Of a DNA stretch of 43,805 nucleotides, positions 10,118-19,498 are shown piece after piece (position 1 is the stretch's first letter; every line of letters starts with the position of its first letter). The DNA is from Elusimicrobiota bacterium (GTDB lineage: Bacteria > Elusimicrobiota > Elusimicrobia > Elusimicrobiales > Elusimicrobiaceae), in assembly GCA_023393825.1 (NCBI GenBank), contig JAEXBW010000012.1:1-43805 (forward strand). Direction: 5' to 3'. A model generated the notes under the pieces. The model was not told where the DNA came from. It did no database searches and saw only the letters and a list, made by a program, of their open reading frames with translations. Position numbers and translations under genes: made by a program.

Positions 10118-10461
10118 TTTTGTATCATCCTATGTTTTTGTGCTATCTTTTTCTTGGTGTTTTTTGTCAACTTGATCTTTCCCCATATTTAGGACAGTTG
10201 CCAGTTAGAGTGTTTTTGCCTTTGTTTTGTCCTTCTTTATTCTACATTATATAGTATTTATCTTAGCCGCGGTTTTCCTCTTTTCTTGCTCCATAAACTC
10301 TCTTGGCGTAATATTGTTTAAGCCTAAAATATATTACCTCTTTAGGCTTTACTCTATCTCTTATCTGTCCGTGTTTCGTTGAGCTAGTCATCATAATATC
10401 ATTATAAAATACTTTAATAGTTCATTTTTTCACCCAGGCACGACAAAAGAGGGATAGAAAT

Positions 10462-10507
10462 AGTTTCTAAAGAAACTGTTGACAAATAAACAATTTATTT
10501 GTATACT
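10462..10507 (+). promoter_or_regulatory. Sigma-70-like promoter with two perfect palindromes (candidate MarR operators)
   Basis: TTGACA at 10479-10484, a 17-nt spacer, and TATACT at 10502-10507. IR1 AGTTTCT-AA-AGAAACT (10462-10477) abuts the -35. IR2 CAAATAAA-CAA-TTTATTTG (10483-10501) fills the spacer. Confidence 0.7.
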
Positions 10508-10537
10508 ATTTAAAACTGATAGCAAAATGGAGGCGTT

Positions 10538-11008
10538 ATGGGTGATTTTGAAAGATATGGCATCTTGCCGCAAAAAGGCAGAAAGTACGAAAACATAATT
10601 TATGTTATGGCTTTAATTTACGGCCTTATTAATAAAGAGGTGGAAGAATACTTCCGCAAGTTCAATTTAACTTCATATAAGTTCAATATTTTAATGGTGG
10701 TCGGCTTTCAGAACGAAGGCAAAGGCATAAGCCAGGTGGAGATAGGCCGCCACTTAATTACAACCCCGGGCAATATAACTAAACTTGTGGAGGCTTTGTG
10801 TAAAGAAGAGCTTGTAACCCGCGTGCAAAACCCGGCCAGCCGCAGGGAGAATATAATAAAAATAACTCCCAAGGGCCGCAAACTTATAGATAAGTTGTGG
10901 CCTGAGTATGACGCACTGTTAAAAAGCAGGACAGATATTCTTCCTAAAGATAAGCAGGAAGAACTGGCAGAAATACTTAAAAACTGGTTTTTAGGTTTGC
11001 AGAAATAA
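10538..11008 (+). CDS. MarR-family transcriptional regulator
   Basis: Winged-HTH region ISQVEIGRHLITTPGNITKLVEALCKEELVTRVQNPASRRENIIKITPKGRKL. SD GGAGG at 10529-10533. Confidence 0.9.
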   Translation: MGDFERYGILPQKGRKYENIIYVMALIYGLINKEVEEYFRKFNLTSYKFNILMVVGFQNEGKGISQVEIGRHLITTPGNITKLVEALCKEELVTRVQNPASRRENIIKITPKGRKLIDKLWPEYDALLKSRTDILPKDKQEELAEILKNWFLGLQK

Positions 11009-11017
11009 GGAGACAAA

Positions 11018-14000
11018 ATGAACAGTATTATAAGAATCATATTTAAAAGATCTTTCTTATCATTATACATAGCGCAGTATCTGGGCGCGTTTAATGATAA
11101 CTTCTTCCGTACCGCCATGGCCACTTTTGTTACCTATGGAATGGTTACGATGTCCTCCCAGTACAAGACGGTGGTGGTATCTATGGCGGTCGGTTTGTTT
11201 ATGCTGCCCTTTTTCCTTTTTTCTGCGTTGGCTGGTGAGCTTGCCGATAAATACCGCAAGGATTTAATTGTAAAAGTAACTAAACTTATAGAGGTGATTA
11301 TAGCCGTTTTGGCCATTGCGGGTTTTATGTTGCAAAATATCCCCTTACTTTTATTTGTGCTTTTTCTTATGGGGACACAGGCCGCGTTTTTCGGGCCGAC
11401 AAAGTATAGCATCCTGCCCGATATTTTGGGCGAAGATGAACTTATAGCCGGCAATGCTTTGATTGAAGCGGGCACTTACGCCTCAATATTGCAGGGCACT
11501 ATTGTCGGCGGGTTGATATTCACACTGGGTATGCAATATGTCCCGCTTATCCTTTTGGGCGTTGCCCTTTTGGGTTTTATCTCCAGCTTGTTTATGCCCA
11601 AACAAAAACCCGCTTCCGCCGACCTTAAAATAAATAAAAACTTCCTTAAAACAACTTGGGATAATATGAAATTTGCCAAGCAGACAAGGGAAATCTTCCT
11701 TTGCATTTTGGGTATCTCATGGTTTTGGCTTTTAGGCGCGGCGCTTATCGGGCAAATGCCTGTTTTAAGCAAAGATCTTTTGCACGGCGACCAAAATGTT
11801 TTTACCTTTTTGCTTACATTATTTTCTGTGGGCATCGGGGTGGGCTCTATTGTCTGCCAGTTTTTGGTAAATGGCAAAATTACAAGCAAATACGTTCCGC
11901 TTAGCGCAATTTTAATGACGATGTTCTTGGTGGACCTTGCCTTTGCGGTTCATAATCTTTCTTTACCAGAAACGGTGCTGAGTATAAAGGGTCTTCTTGC
12001 TTCCTTCAGCGGTAAAAGAGTTGTGGCGGACCTTTTCTGCTTTGCGTTTTGCGGCGGGCTGTATATAGTGCCGCTTAACACTATGTTACAGCACTTGGGC
12101 GGGGAGGAGACACGCTCCCGCGTTATTGCCACAAATAATATCATCAATGCGCTTTTCATGGTTGCGGGCAGCGGAGTCTGTGCCCTATTCTTAACATGGG
12201 GCAAAAGTTTACCCTGGTTGTTCGGCTTTATTGCGGTAATTAATACCGTGGTTGCCGTTTACATAGTCGGGCTTTTGCCGCAGCATATCATCAGGATGAT
12301 TGCCAAGCGTATATTAAACTTTATTTACGAAGTAAAACTTACTGGCGAAGAAAATTGCAAAAACCTTAGCGGGAATGTTTTGGTAATCGCCAATCACACT
12401 TCTTTTTTGGATGCGGTTTTGCTGTGGGTATATATGCCCGAAGAGCTTTACTTTGCCGTGGATACTTTTGTTTCTAAAAAGTGGTGGGTTAAGCCGTTTC
12501 TGCACCTTGTAAAAAACTTCCCCATAGACCCTACCAACCCTATGGCTGTTAAAAGTATTATTGAGGAAGTTAAATCTGGCAAACGCGTGGCGATATTCCC
12601 CGAAGGCCGCATTACCACCACGGGCTCGCTTATGAAAGTGTACCCCGGCCCTGCTATGATTGCGGATAAAAGCGCGGCGCAGATATTGCCTGTTTATATA
12701 GAGGGCAGCCAGTATTCTTTATTTTCTCGTTTCGGGAACAGGTTTAAAACGCGCCCCCAAAGCAAAATAACAATAAATATTTTGCCGCTTACCGCGTTAA
12801 ACATACCCGAGGGAATTCAGGGCCGCACCCGCAGGGCCGCCGCCGCAAGACGCTTATACGAAATTATGTGCGAGATGAAATATCTCTCCAGCCCGCTTAA
12901 ACAGACTTTAATGGACTCTTTGCTTGACGCAAAGTCTTTAGTGGGCCGCAATAAGAAAATTATTGAAGATATTTCCAGAAAGCCTTTAAGTTTCGGACAG
13001 TTCTTAACGCTTATTTTTGCTTTGGGCAAACAATTTTCCAAGCAGAACAAACAGGGCGAATACGCGGGTTTTATGCTGCCAAATTCCATTGCCGCGGCCG
13101 GGGCCTTCTTCGGCCTTAGAACTTTTGGCATTACGCCCTGTATGCTTAACTTTTCAACAGGCGTCAAAAATATGCTTTCGTGCTGCCGCGCGGCGCAAAT
13201 AAAGAAAGTTTACAGTTCTAAACTCTTTATAAGTCAGGCGGGTTTGCAGGAAACTGTTGACGCTATGGTAAAAGAAGGGATAGAAATAATTTATCTTGAA
13301 GATATCAAAAAGCAAATATCTTTTGCAGATAAACTTATTGCCATGGCTGCCTCTTACTTTCCGCGCCGTTACTATAAAATGGTTCGCGGTAAAACCGCGC
13401 CTGAAGAAGCTGCCGTGGTGCTGTTTACCAGCGGCTCGGAAGGCACGCCCAAAGGCGTTGTGCTTAGCAACGAAAACGTTCAGGCTAACCGCTATCAGCT
13501 GCAAAGCGTTTTGGATTTCGGCCTTATGGATAATGTGTTTAACGCCATGCCTATATTCCATTCTTTCGGTCTTACGGGCGGGTTGCTGCTGCCATTACTT
13601 TCCGGCATAAAGGTGTTCTTTTATCCCTCGCCGCTTCATTACAGGATAATCCCAGATATGATTTACGACCGCAATGCAACGGTTATTTTCGGCACTGATA
13701 CATTTTTAAGCGGCTATGCCAAAACAGCCCACCCGTACGATTTTTACTCCGTACGTTTTGCCGTCGCAGGGGCTGAAAAACTTAAAGAAGAAACATACCG
13801 CAAATATACGGATACCTTTGGCGTGCGTATTTTGGAAGGTTACGGCGCGACTGAAACCGCGCCCGCAATATCCATCAACACGCCGATGCACTTTAAGCGC
13901 GGCACTGTAGGCAGGCTTTTACCGGGAATAGAGCCCAGGCTTGAGGCCGTTGCGGGGATGAACGAAGGCAAACGTCTTTTTGTAAAAGGCAAAAACATAA

Positions 14001-14419
14001 TGCTTGGTTATCTTAAGGAAGATAAACCGGGTGTAATACAACCGCCGCAGGATGGCTGGTACGACACGGGCGACATTGTGGATATAGACGAAGAAGGCTT
14101 TGTCGCAATAAAGGGCAGAGCAAAAAGATTTGCCAAGATAGCGGGCGAAATGGTTTCCCTAAGCGCAGTTGAGACTGCTTTAAATAAACTTTGGACGCAG
14201 GAAAGCCATGCAGTAATATCAATACCCGATGAACGTAAAGGCGAGCAGCTTGTGTTGTTTACCACGCGCAAAGAGGCGCAGTCGCAAGAAATCTCTGCTG
14301 CTTTCAGGGCACAGGGATTAAGCGAATTGTCTGTCCCCAAACAAATAAAGGTGTTGGAAGAAATACCTTTAATGGGCACGGGCAAAGTAGATTATGTTAA
14401 GTTAAAGGAGCTTATATGA
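11018..14419 (+). CDS. aas: Triple-fusion MFS (LplT-like) / 2-acyl-GPE acyltransferase / acyl-ACP synthetase (Aas-like)
   Basis: 1133 aa. N-terminus has about 12 TM segments of MFS type. PlsC motifs NHTSFLD (HX4D) and FPEGRIT. ANL motifs LFTSGSEGTPKGV, GYGATETAP and YDTGD...GRAKRFAKIAGEMVS. Confidence 0.9.
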   Translation: MNSIIRIIFKRSFLSLYIAQYLGAFNDNFFRTAMATFVTYGMVTMSSQYKTVVVSMAVGLFMLPFFLFSALAGELADKYRKDLIVKVTKLIEVIIAVLAIAGFMLQNIPLLLFVLFLMGTQAAFFGPTKYSILPDILGEDELIAGNALIEAGTYASILQGTIVGGLIFTLGMQYVPLILLGVALLGFISSLFMPKQKPASADLKINKNFLKTTWDNMKFAKQTREIFLCILGISWFWLLGAALIGQMPVLSKDLLHGDQNVFTFLLTLFSVGIGVGSIVCQFLVNGKITSKYVPLSAILMTMFLVDLAFAVHNLSLPETVLSIKGLLASFSGKRVVADLFCFAFCGGLYIVPLNTMLQHLGGEETRSRVIATNNIINALFMVAGSGVCALFLTWGKSLPWLFGFIAVINTVVAVYIVGLLPQHIIRMIAKRILNFIYEVKLTGEENCKNLSGNVLVIANHTSFLDAVLLWVYMPEELYFAVDTFVSKKWWVKPFLHLVKNFPIDPTNPMAVKSIIEEVKSGKRVAIFPEGRITTTGSLMKVYPGPAMIADKSAAQILPVYIEGSQYSLFSRFGNRFKTRPQSKITINILPLTALNIPEGIQGRTRRAAAARRLYEIMCEMKYLSSPLKQTLMDSLLDAKSLVGRNKKIIEDISRKPLSFGQFLTLIFALGKQFSKQNKQGEYAGFMLPNSIAAAGAFFGLRTFGITPCMLNFSTGVKNMLSCCRAAQIKKVYSSKLFISQAGLQETVDAMVKEGIEIIYLEDIKKQISFADKLIAMAASYFPRRYYKMVRGKTAPEEAAVVLFTSGSEGTPKGVVLSNENVQANRYQLQSVLDFGLMDNVFNAMPIFHSFGLTGGLLLPLLSGIKVFFYPSPLHYRIIPDMIYDRNATVIFGTDTFLSGYAKTAHPYDFYSVRFAVAGAEKLKEETYRKYTDTFGVRILEGYGATETAPAISINTPMHFKRGTVGRLLPGIEPRLEAVAGMNEGKRLFVKGKNIMLGYLKEDKPGVIQPPQDGWYDTGDIVDIDEEGFVAIKGRAKRFAKIAGEMVSLSAVETALNKLWTQESHAVISIPDERKGEQLVLFTTRKEAQSQEISAAFRAQGLSELSVPKQIKVLEEIPLMGTGKVDYVKLKELI

Positions 14420-15003
14420 AAAAAATAATGATAGCAGTTTGTCTATTAACGGCATTAACAGCCTGCAACGCCGGTCCGTCTGCAGCGGATAAAGATATTG
14501 CGATGTTGGCGGGCAAAGTATTGTTTATCAGAGATTATATAGAAACAAATAAAACGGCGACACCTTTAAGAGATGAAGAAGGGAACACCTCTTTTGAAAT
14601 AGGCAAACTTCCCTCCGCCACATCAGAAGGCTGTGAACAAAAGGAAACAACTTCATTTTGTAAAGGGTACATCGTGGAGGTTATTGATGATATTCGTCAA
14701 AACGGAGATAGAAAAGAAGACGGGACGATAGACCCCGCTACTATTCATTACCAAGGCTGTCTAAGGATAAGCGCTTTACAAAAAGATGAGGATGGCAAAT
14801 ATAACGGCATTGAATATACCACCTACATAACAGCCCCTTGGGATAAGCCTTTTTATGATACATGTTCTGCAAAAAAAATTGGCCCAAGCCGTAAGGCCTG
14901 TGAAAATTTGGGAGGGCGGCCTAATGGTATTTCCACATGGACAACGGTAGACTATGATGTTCCCGCAGATAAAGCGGCTCAAATTAAAAGAGTGGCAATA
15001 TAG
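14416..15003 (+). CDS. Lipoprotein, tandem paralog 1
   Basis: ATGA overlap with aas. Lipobox LTALTAC. Shares its N- and C-terminal blocks with the next ORF. Confidence 0.8.
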   Translation: MKKIMIAVCLLTALTACNAGPSAADKDIAMLAGKVLFIRDYIETNKTATPLRDEEGNTSFEIGKLPSATSEGCEQKETTSFCKGYIVEVIDDIRQNGDRKEDGTIDPATIHYQGCLRISALQKDEDGKYNGIEYTTYITAPWDKPFYDTCSAKKIGPSRKACENLGGRPNGISTWTTVDYDVPADKAAQIKRVAI

Positions 15004-15034
15004 TGAATAAAAGTTAATGAATAAAGGAGCTTAT

Positions 15035-15619
15035 ATGAAAAAAATAATTATGGCCATTGTTGTACTGACAACAGTAACAGCTTGTTCCGTGGGGGCATCT
15101 TCTGCGGACAAGGAAATAGCAATGCTTGCAGGGAAAGCATTATTTATCAGAGATTATATAAAAGCAAACAATGCGCTTAAAATTATTAAAGATGGAGAAT
15201 TTGCTTCTTTTCGCCTGATAAAGCCGCTTGTTATTACAGACCCTAACTGTAAAGACACTGGAGGGAAGATATTTTGTGACGGCTATTCGTTGGAATTTAT
15301 AAAGGATATGCGCCAAAATGCCGACAGGAAAAAAGATGGGCTTATAGACAGAAGCACCGCTGCCTACGAGGATTGTTTTAGAATAACCGCTTCAAAACAA
15401 GACAGAGACGGGAAATATCTTGGCCTTTCCTATACAACGTACATAACAGCAGATGGCGATAAGCCTTTTTATGATACATGTTCTGCAAAGAAAGTTGGCC
15501 AAAGCGGTAAAGCCTGTGAGAAGTTAGGCGGTCGTCTGAACGATGTTACCACATGGACAACGGTAGACTATGATGTTCCCGCAGATAAAGCCGCCCAAAT
15601 TAAAAGGGTAGCTATATAA
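15035..15619 (+). CDS. Lipoprotein, tandem paralog 2
   Basis: I prefer the ATG at 15035 over 15017. It has the same AAGGAGCTTAT-ATGAAAAAAATAAT context as paralog 1. Lipobox LTTVTAC. The C-terminal TWTTVDYDVPADKAAQIKRVAI is identical to paralog 1. Confidence 0.8.
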   Translation: MKKIIMAIVVLTTVTACSVGASSADKEIAMLAGKALFIRDYIKANNALKIIKDGEFASFRLIKPLVITDPNCKDTGGKIFCDGYSLEFIKDMRQNADRKKDGLIDRSTAAYEDCFRITASKQDRDGKYLGLSYTTYITADGDKPFYDTCSAKKVGQSGKACEKLGGRLNDVTTWTTVDYDVPADKAAQIKRVAI

Positions 15620-15678
15620 TAGGAAAAAACCAGAATTTATAAAGGTAATGCAGTAGATAAAAACAAAGAGGACAATTA

Positions 15679-16668
15679 ATGCTGAATATAAAAATAAAAT
15701 CAATCGGCACATATATACCTAAAACAACAGTGACCTCCGGAGAGTTGGAAAAAACACATAACATTCCTAAGGGCTGGATAGAAAAAAGTACCGGTATAAA
15801 AACGCGCCGCTATATAAATTTTGAAGATGAAAATATGATTACGGCGGGCGCGGGCGCGGCAAGAGAAGCTCTTAAAAATGCAAACTGTAAAATTGAAGAG
15901 GTGGATTGTATTATCTCGGCTTCCGCAAGCAAATACAGGCCTATCCCTTGCACTGCGTCTTTTATGCTTAAGGAATTATCCGGGGATAATCTGCCGATAG
16001 CTTGTTTTGACATAGATTCCACCTGTTTGAGTTTTGTGGTCGCATTGGATATGATGTCTTACGCCATAGCTGCGGGCAGATATAAAAATGTTTTGATAAT
16101 TTCCTCCGAATGCTGTTCCTGCGGTATTAACTGGAACCAAAAGGAAAGTGCAGCTTTAATCGGCGATGCCGCGGCAGCTGCCCTTATAAGCGCGGACGAT
16201 GCTTCTAAAATTCTATATGCAAAGATAGAAACTTTTACTAACGGAATTGAGTATGCCACTGTGCGCGGCGGCCTTATGATGCTAAATCCTTTGCAGTATA
16301 ACGGAGAAAATAAGGAAGACTACCTTTTTGATATGAACGGCAGGAGCATTTATAAAATTGCTTCTAATGTATTGCCGTCATTTATTAATCAGGCTTTTAC
16401 GGAAACGGGTTTGACTATGGACGACATCAAAATGTTTATCCCGCATCAGGCCAGCATGCTGTCTATGAAGTTAATGCAGCACAAACTGGGCATTCCCGAA
16501 GGAAAAATGAAGTATATTATTCAAGACTATGGCAATAGTGTTGCAGCTTCAATCCCCTTGGCCTTAAAAATAGCTATTGATGAAGGGGAAATAAAACGCG
16601 GCGATAAAGTAATGCTGCTTGGCACATCGGCGGGCCTTTCCGTAGGAGTGATGATACTTGAGTATTAA
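15679..16668 (+). CDS. FabH-like 3-oxoacyl-ACP synthase III family condensing enzyme
   Basis: Candidate Cys-His-Asn triad: DSTCLSF, PHQAS and YGNSVAAS. 329 aa, which is typical for KAS III. Confidence 0.85.
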   Translation: MLNIKIKSIGTYIPKTTVTSGELEKTHNIPKGWIEKSTGIKTRRYINFEDENMITAGAGAAREALKNANCKIEEVDCIISASASKYRPIPCTASFMLKELSGDNLPIACFDIDSTCLSFVVALDMMSYAIAAGRYKNVLIISSECCSCGINWNQKESAALIGDAAAAALISADDASKILYAKIETFTNGIEYATVRGGLMMLNPLQYNGENKEDYLFDMNGRSIYKIASNVLPSFINQAFTETGLTMDDIKMFIPHQASMLSMKLMQHKLGIPEGKMKYIIQDYGNSVAASIPLALKIAIDEGEIKRGDKVMLLGTSAGLSVGVMILEY

Positions 16669-17755
16669 AAGGATTTTATTTACAGGCGCCCGCTCTCCCG
16701 CGGTGTTAGCATCGGCAAGGACCATGGCCCGTTGCGGCTACACTGTCTTCGCTGCAGACAGTACAGATGCTAATCTATGTTTGTTTAGCAACAAAGTCAG
16801 CAAGTTTTTTAAATTACTGCCGACTAAGGATAAAAAATATAAAGAAACTTTAATCGGTATCGTAAAACGAGAGAAAATTGACTTAGTCATTCCCTCTTGT
16901 GAGGAGATTTTTTTCATATCTGCTTTTTTAGACGAATTGGGACAATATTGCAAAGTATTTTGCGACGAGCAAAGGAAATTACTCGCATTACATGATAAGT
17001 GGACTTTTTACAGATATCTGACAAGTAAAGGATTAAAAACTCCCAAGACAAATTTATCTTCCGCAATGCCGCGGCAAATGGATAAAAAATATATTATAAA
17101 ACCCCGATTTTCCCGCTTTGCGTCAAAGGTTATCTGTGCCTCCGAAATAGATAATAAAAGGCATAATGATTCATATATAGTTCAAGACTTTGTTAAAGGA
17201 CAGCAATATTGTTCTTACGCTCTGGTAGAAAACGGGAAAATTATTTCCCGCAGCACTTATATAACATTGCTTAACGCCGGCAGAGGCGCAGGGATTTTAT
17301 TAAAATATATTGAAGATAAAGAGATAACTGGAATTGAGGCTTTTATAGCCAAAGATTTTAATTTTACCGGTCAGTTGGCTTTTGATTTTATTAAAGATGA
17401 AAACGGGGATATATTTATTATCGAATGCAATCCCAGAATGACGAGCGGGTTGGTATTTATTGAGGATGCTTTTTTGCCCGTGGTATCAGGCGGTTGCAAT
17501 AAGTGTCGGGCAGGCGGATATCTTGCCTCGCTTCTACTGGCTGTTTTAATTTATATGCCTTTACAGTTGTTAAGAACCTTAAGGTGTGCAAGAGAGATTT
17601 GCTTTGCCAAAGACATAGTTTTTGACAGAACAGATTTAATGCCGTTTTTTATGCAGATACCAATAAGCTTATATTGGCTTATTAAGAGCATTTTTTACAG
17701 CGGGCCTACTGCGGCCTCTACAATAGATATTGAGTTTAATATGGAGAATAGATGA
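16658..17755 (+). CDS. ATP-grasp domain protein
   Basis: TTG start with AGGAG 9 nt upstream, and an 11-nt overlap with the KS gene. Motifs IIKPRFS, VQDFVKGQQYC and FIIECNPRMTSG. The C-terminal region is hydrophobic. Confidence 0.75.
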   Translation: MSIKRILFTGARSPAVLASARTMARCGYTVFAADSTDANLCLFSNKVSKFFKLLPTKDKKYKETLIGIVKREKIDLVIPSCEEIFFISAFLDELGQYCKVFCDEQRKLLALHDKWTFYRYLTSKGLKTPKTNLSSAMPRQMDKKYIIKPRFSRFASKVICASEIDNKRHNDSYIVQDFVKGQQYCSYALVENGKIISRSTYITLLNAGRGAGILLKYIEDKEITGIEAFIAKDFNFTGQLAFDFIKDENGDIFIIECNPRMTSGLVFIEDAFLPVVSGGCNKCRAGGYLASLLLAVLIYMPLQLLRTLRCAREICFAKDIVFDRTDLMPFFMQIPISLYWLIKSIFYSGPTAASTIDIEFNMENR

Positions 17756-18732
17756 AAATACTGGTCACAGGCGCGAGCGGATTTTTAGGGGGAAGGGCCG
17801 CTGTTATGCTTGCGGGAGAGGGGTATGAAGTTATCGCAAGCGGGCGTAATTTATCAAAAGCGCCAAAAGACAGCTCCGTTAAATTTATACCTGCGGATTT
17901 AAATAAAGAACTACCACCTGAGTTATTTGAAGGCGTGGACGCTGTTGTGCACGCGGCGGCCCTTTCAAGCCCATGGGGAAAATATGATGACTTTTACCTT
18001 GCCAATGTGTTTGGTACAAAGCAGCTTCTGGAGCAGGCTTTAAAGCATAAGGTAAAGAAATTTATATATATCTCTTCTCCCAGCATATACTTTGAGTTTA
18101 AAGACAAAGAAAATATTAAAGAAACGGAGCCTTTACCTTTTAAAAAAGCTAATTATTACGCCGAAACGAAATATCTTGCCGAACAGGAAGTATTACAGGC
18201 TGTAAAAAGGGGGCTTCCTGCGATTATTCTGCGTCCGCGCGCTATCTTCGGCACAGGAGACAATGCCCTTCTCCCCCGCGTTATAAAGGCAAATAATGAA
18301 AAATTTGTACCGCAAATGCGTACTGATAAAGGCCCGTTGTGCGATTTAACCTATGTAGACAATGTAGTATATGCAATAAAACTTGCGCTGAATTCAAAAG
18401 ACAGCTGCATAGGGCAAGCCTATAATATTACAAACGGAGAACCTGTTTATTTGTTGGAGATCATAAGGGAATTAGCAAAAGAATTAGGGTTTAAATATAA
18501 CGTCAGAAAAATACCATATTTTTTAGCTTTTAACTACGCGCGTATTTTGGAGTTTGCGTATAGTTTTATTTTAAAAAACAAAGAACCTGCTTTTACCAAA
18601 TACAGCATAGCTTTGCTATATAACAATCAAACGCTTGATATAACAAAAGCAAAAAAGGAACTGGGTTATTTGCCGTTGGTAGATATGAAAGAGGGCTTCA
18701 AAAGGACAATATCGGGATGGAATAATGATTAA
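17752..18732 (+). CDS. NAD(P)-dependent SDR (epimerase/dehydratase / 3-beta-HSD-like)
   Basis: ATGA overlap with the preceding gene. Rossmann motif VTGASGFLGG and catalytic YAETK (YxxxK). Confidence 0.85.
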   Translation: MKILVTGASGFLGGRAAVMLAGEGYEVIASGRNLSKAPKDSSVKFIPADLNKELPPELFEGVDAVVHAAALSSPWGKYDDFYLANVFGTKQLLEQALKHKVKKFIYISSPSIYFEFKDKENIKETEPLPFKKANYYAETKYLAEQEVLQAVKRGLPAIILRPRAIFGTGDNALLPRVIKANNEKFVPQMRTDKGPLCDLTYVDNVVYAIKLALNSKDSCIGQAYNITNGEPVYLLEIIRELAKELGFKYNVRKIPYFLAFNYARILEFAYSFILKNKEPAFTKYSIALLYNNQTLDITKAKKELGYLPLVDMKEGFKRTISGWNND

Positions 18733-19498
18733 AATTAAAGAGTTTTCATGCGGGTATTGCCGCCAGTTTGAAAAATTTGCTTTTAGTGGCGGAAAGTGGC
18801 GCATGAAGAAATTTCCCGCAAAATGTTTTTTGATTTCTGCGGACGGCGAGTATATTCTATTTGATACAGGATATCCCTCTGATTTCAATAATATTATGCG
18901 CGCCTGGCCCGATATCCTGTATAAATATTTAGTTCCCGTAAACATACGTAAGCAGGAAACGTGCGCAGAACAGTTACGGAAGGAAAATATCAGAACAGAG
19001 GACATAAAATATATTTTTATATCACATTTTCATGCCGACCACATAGGCGCGTTAAGAGATTTCCCCAACGCTCGTTTTGTATGCTCAGGTATAGAATATA
19101 ATAAGTTAAAAAATATGTCGGCTTTAAGACAAATTTTAAACGGTTTTGTTAGCAGATTTATTCCTGCGGATTTTGAAAGCAGAGTTATTTGTATTGAGCG
19201 GTTAAATATAAAAAAGGATAATATTTTTTCGTCTTGTTATGAGCTGCCTTTTATAAATGATATTTTTGCCGTACCTTTGCCCGGACATACGGCGGGACAA
19301 TTTGGATTGTGGCTGTCTACGGAAAAGATATTGCTTGCAGCCGACAGCGCTTGGATGAAAGAGAACTACACGCAGGCTTCTATGCCGCATGGAATTGCGC
19401 TTCGTTTTTGCGATGACAAAACATCCCTGCTTAAGACATTAACATTGTTAAAAAGTTTGAAAAATATAAAAATTTTCCTATCTCACGGAGAGAATTAG
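18725..19498 (+). CDS. MBL-fold metallo-hydrolase
   Basis: 8-nt overlap with the preceding gene. HxHxDH motif (SHFHADHIG) and a later PGHTAGQ. Confidence 0.85.
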   Translation: MIKIKEFSCGYCRQFEKFAFSGGKWRMKKFPAKCFLISADGEYILFDTGYPSDFNNIMRAWPDILYKYLVPVNIRKQETCAEQLRKENIRTEDIKYIFISHFHADHIGALRDFPNARFVCSGIEYNKLKNMSALRQILNGFVSRFIPADFESRVICIERLNIKKDNIFSSCYELPFINDIFAVPLPGHTAGQFGLWLSTEKILLAADSAWMKENYTQASMPHGIALRFCDDKTSLLKTLTLLKSLKNIKIFLSHGEN

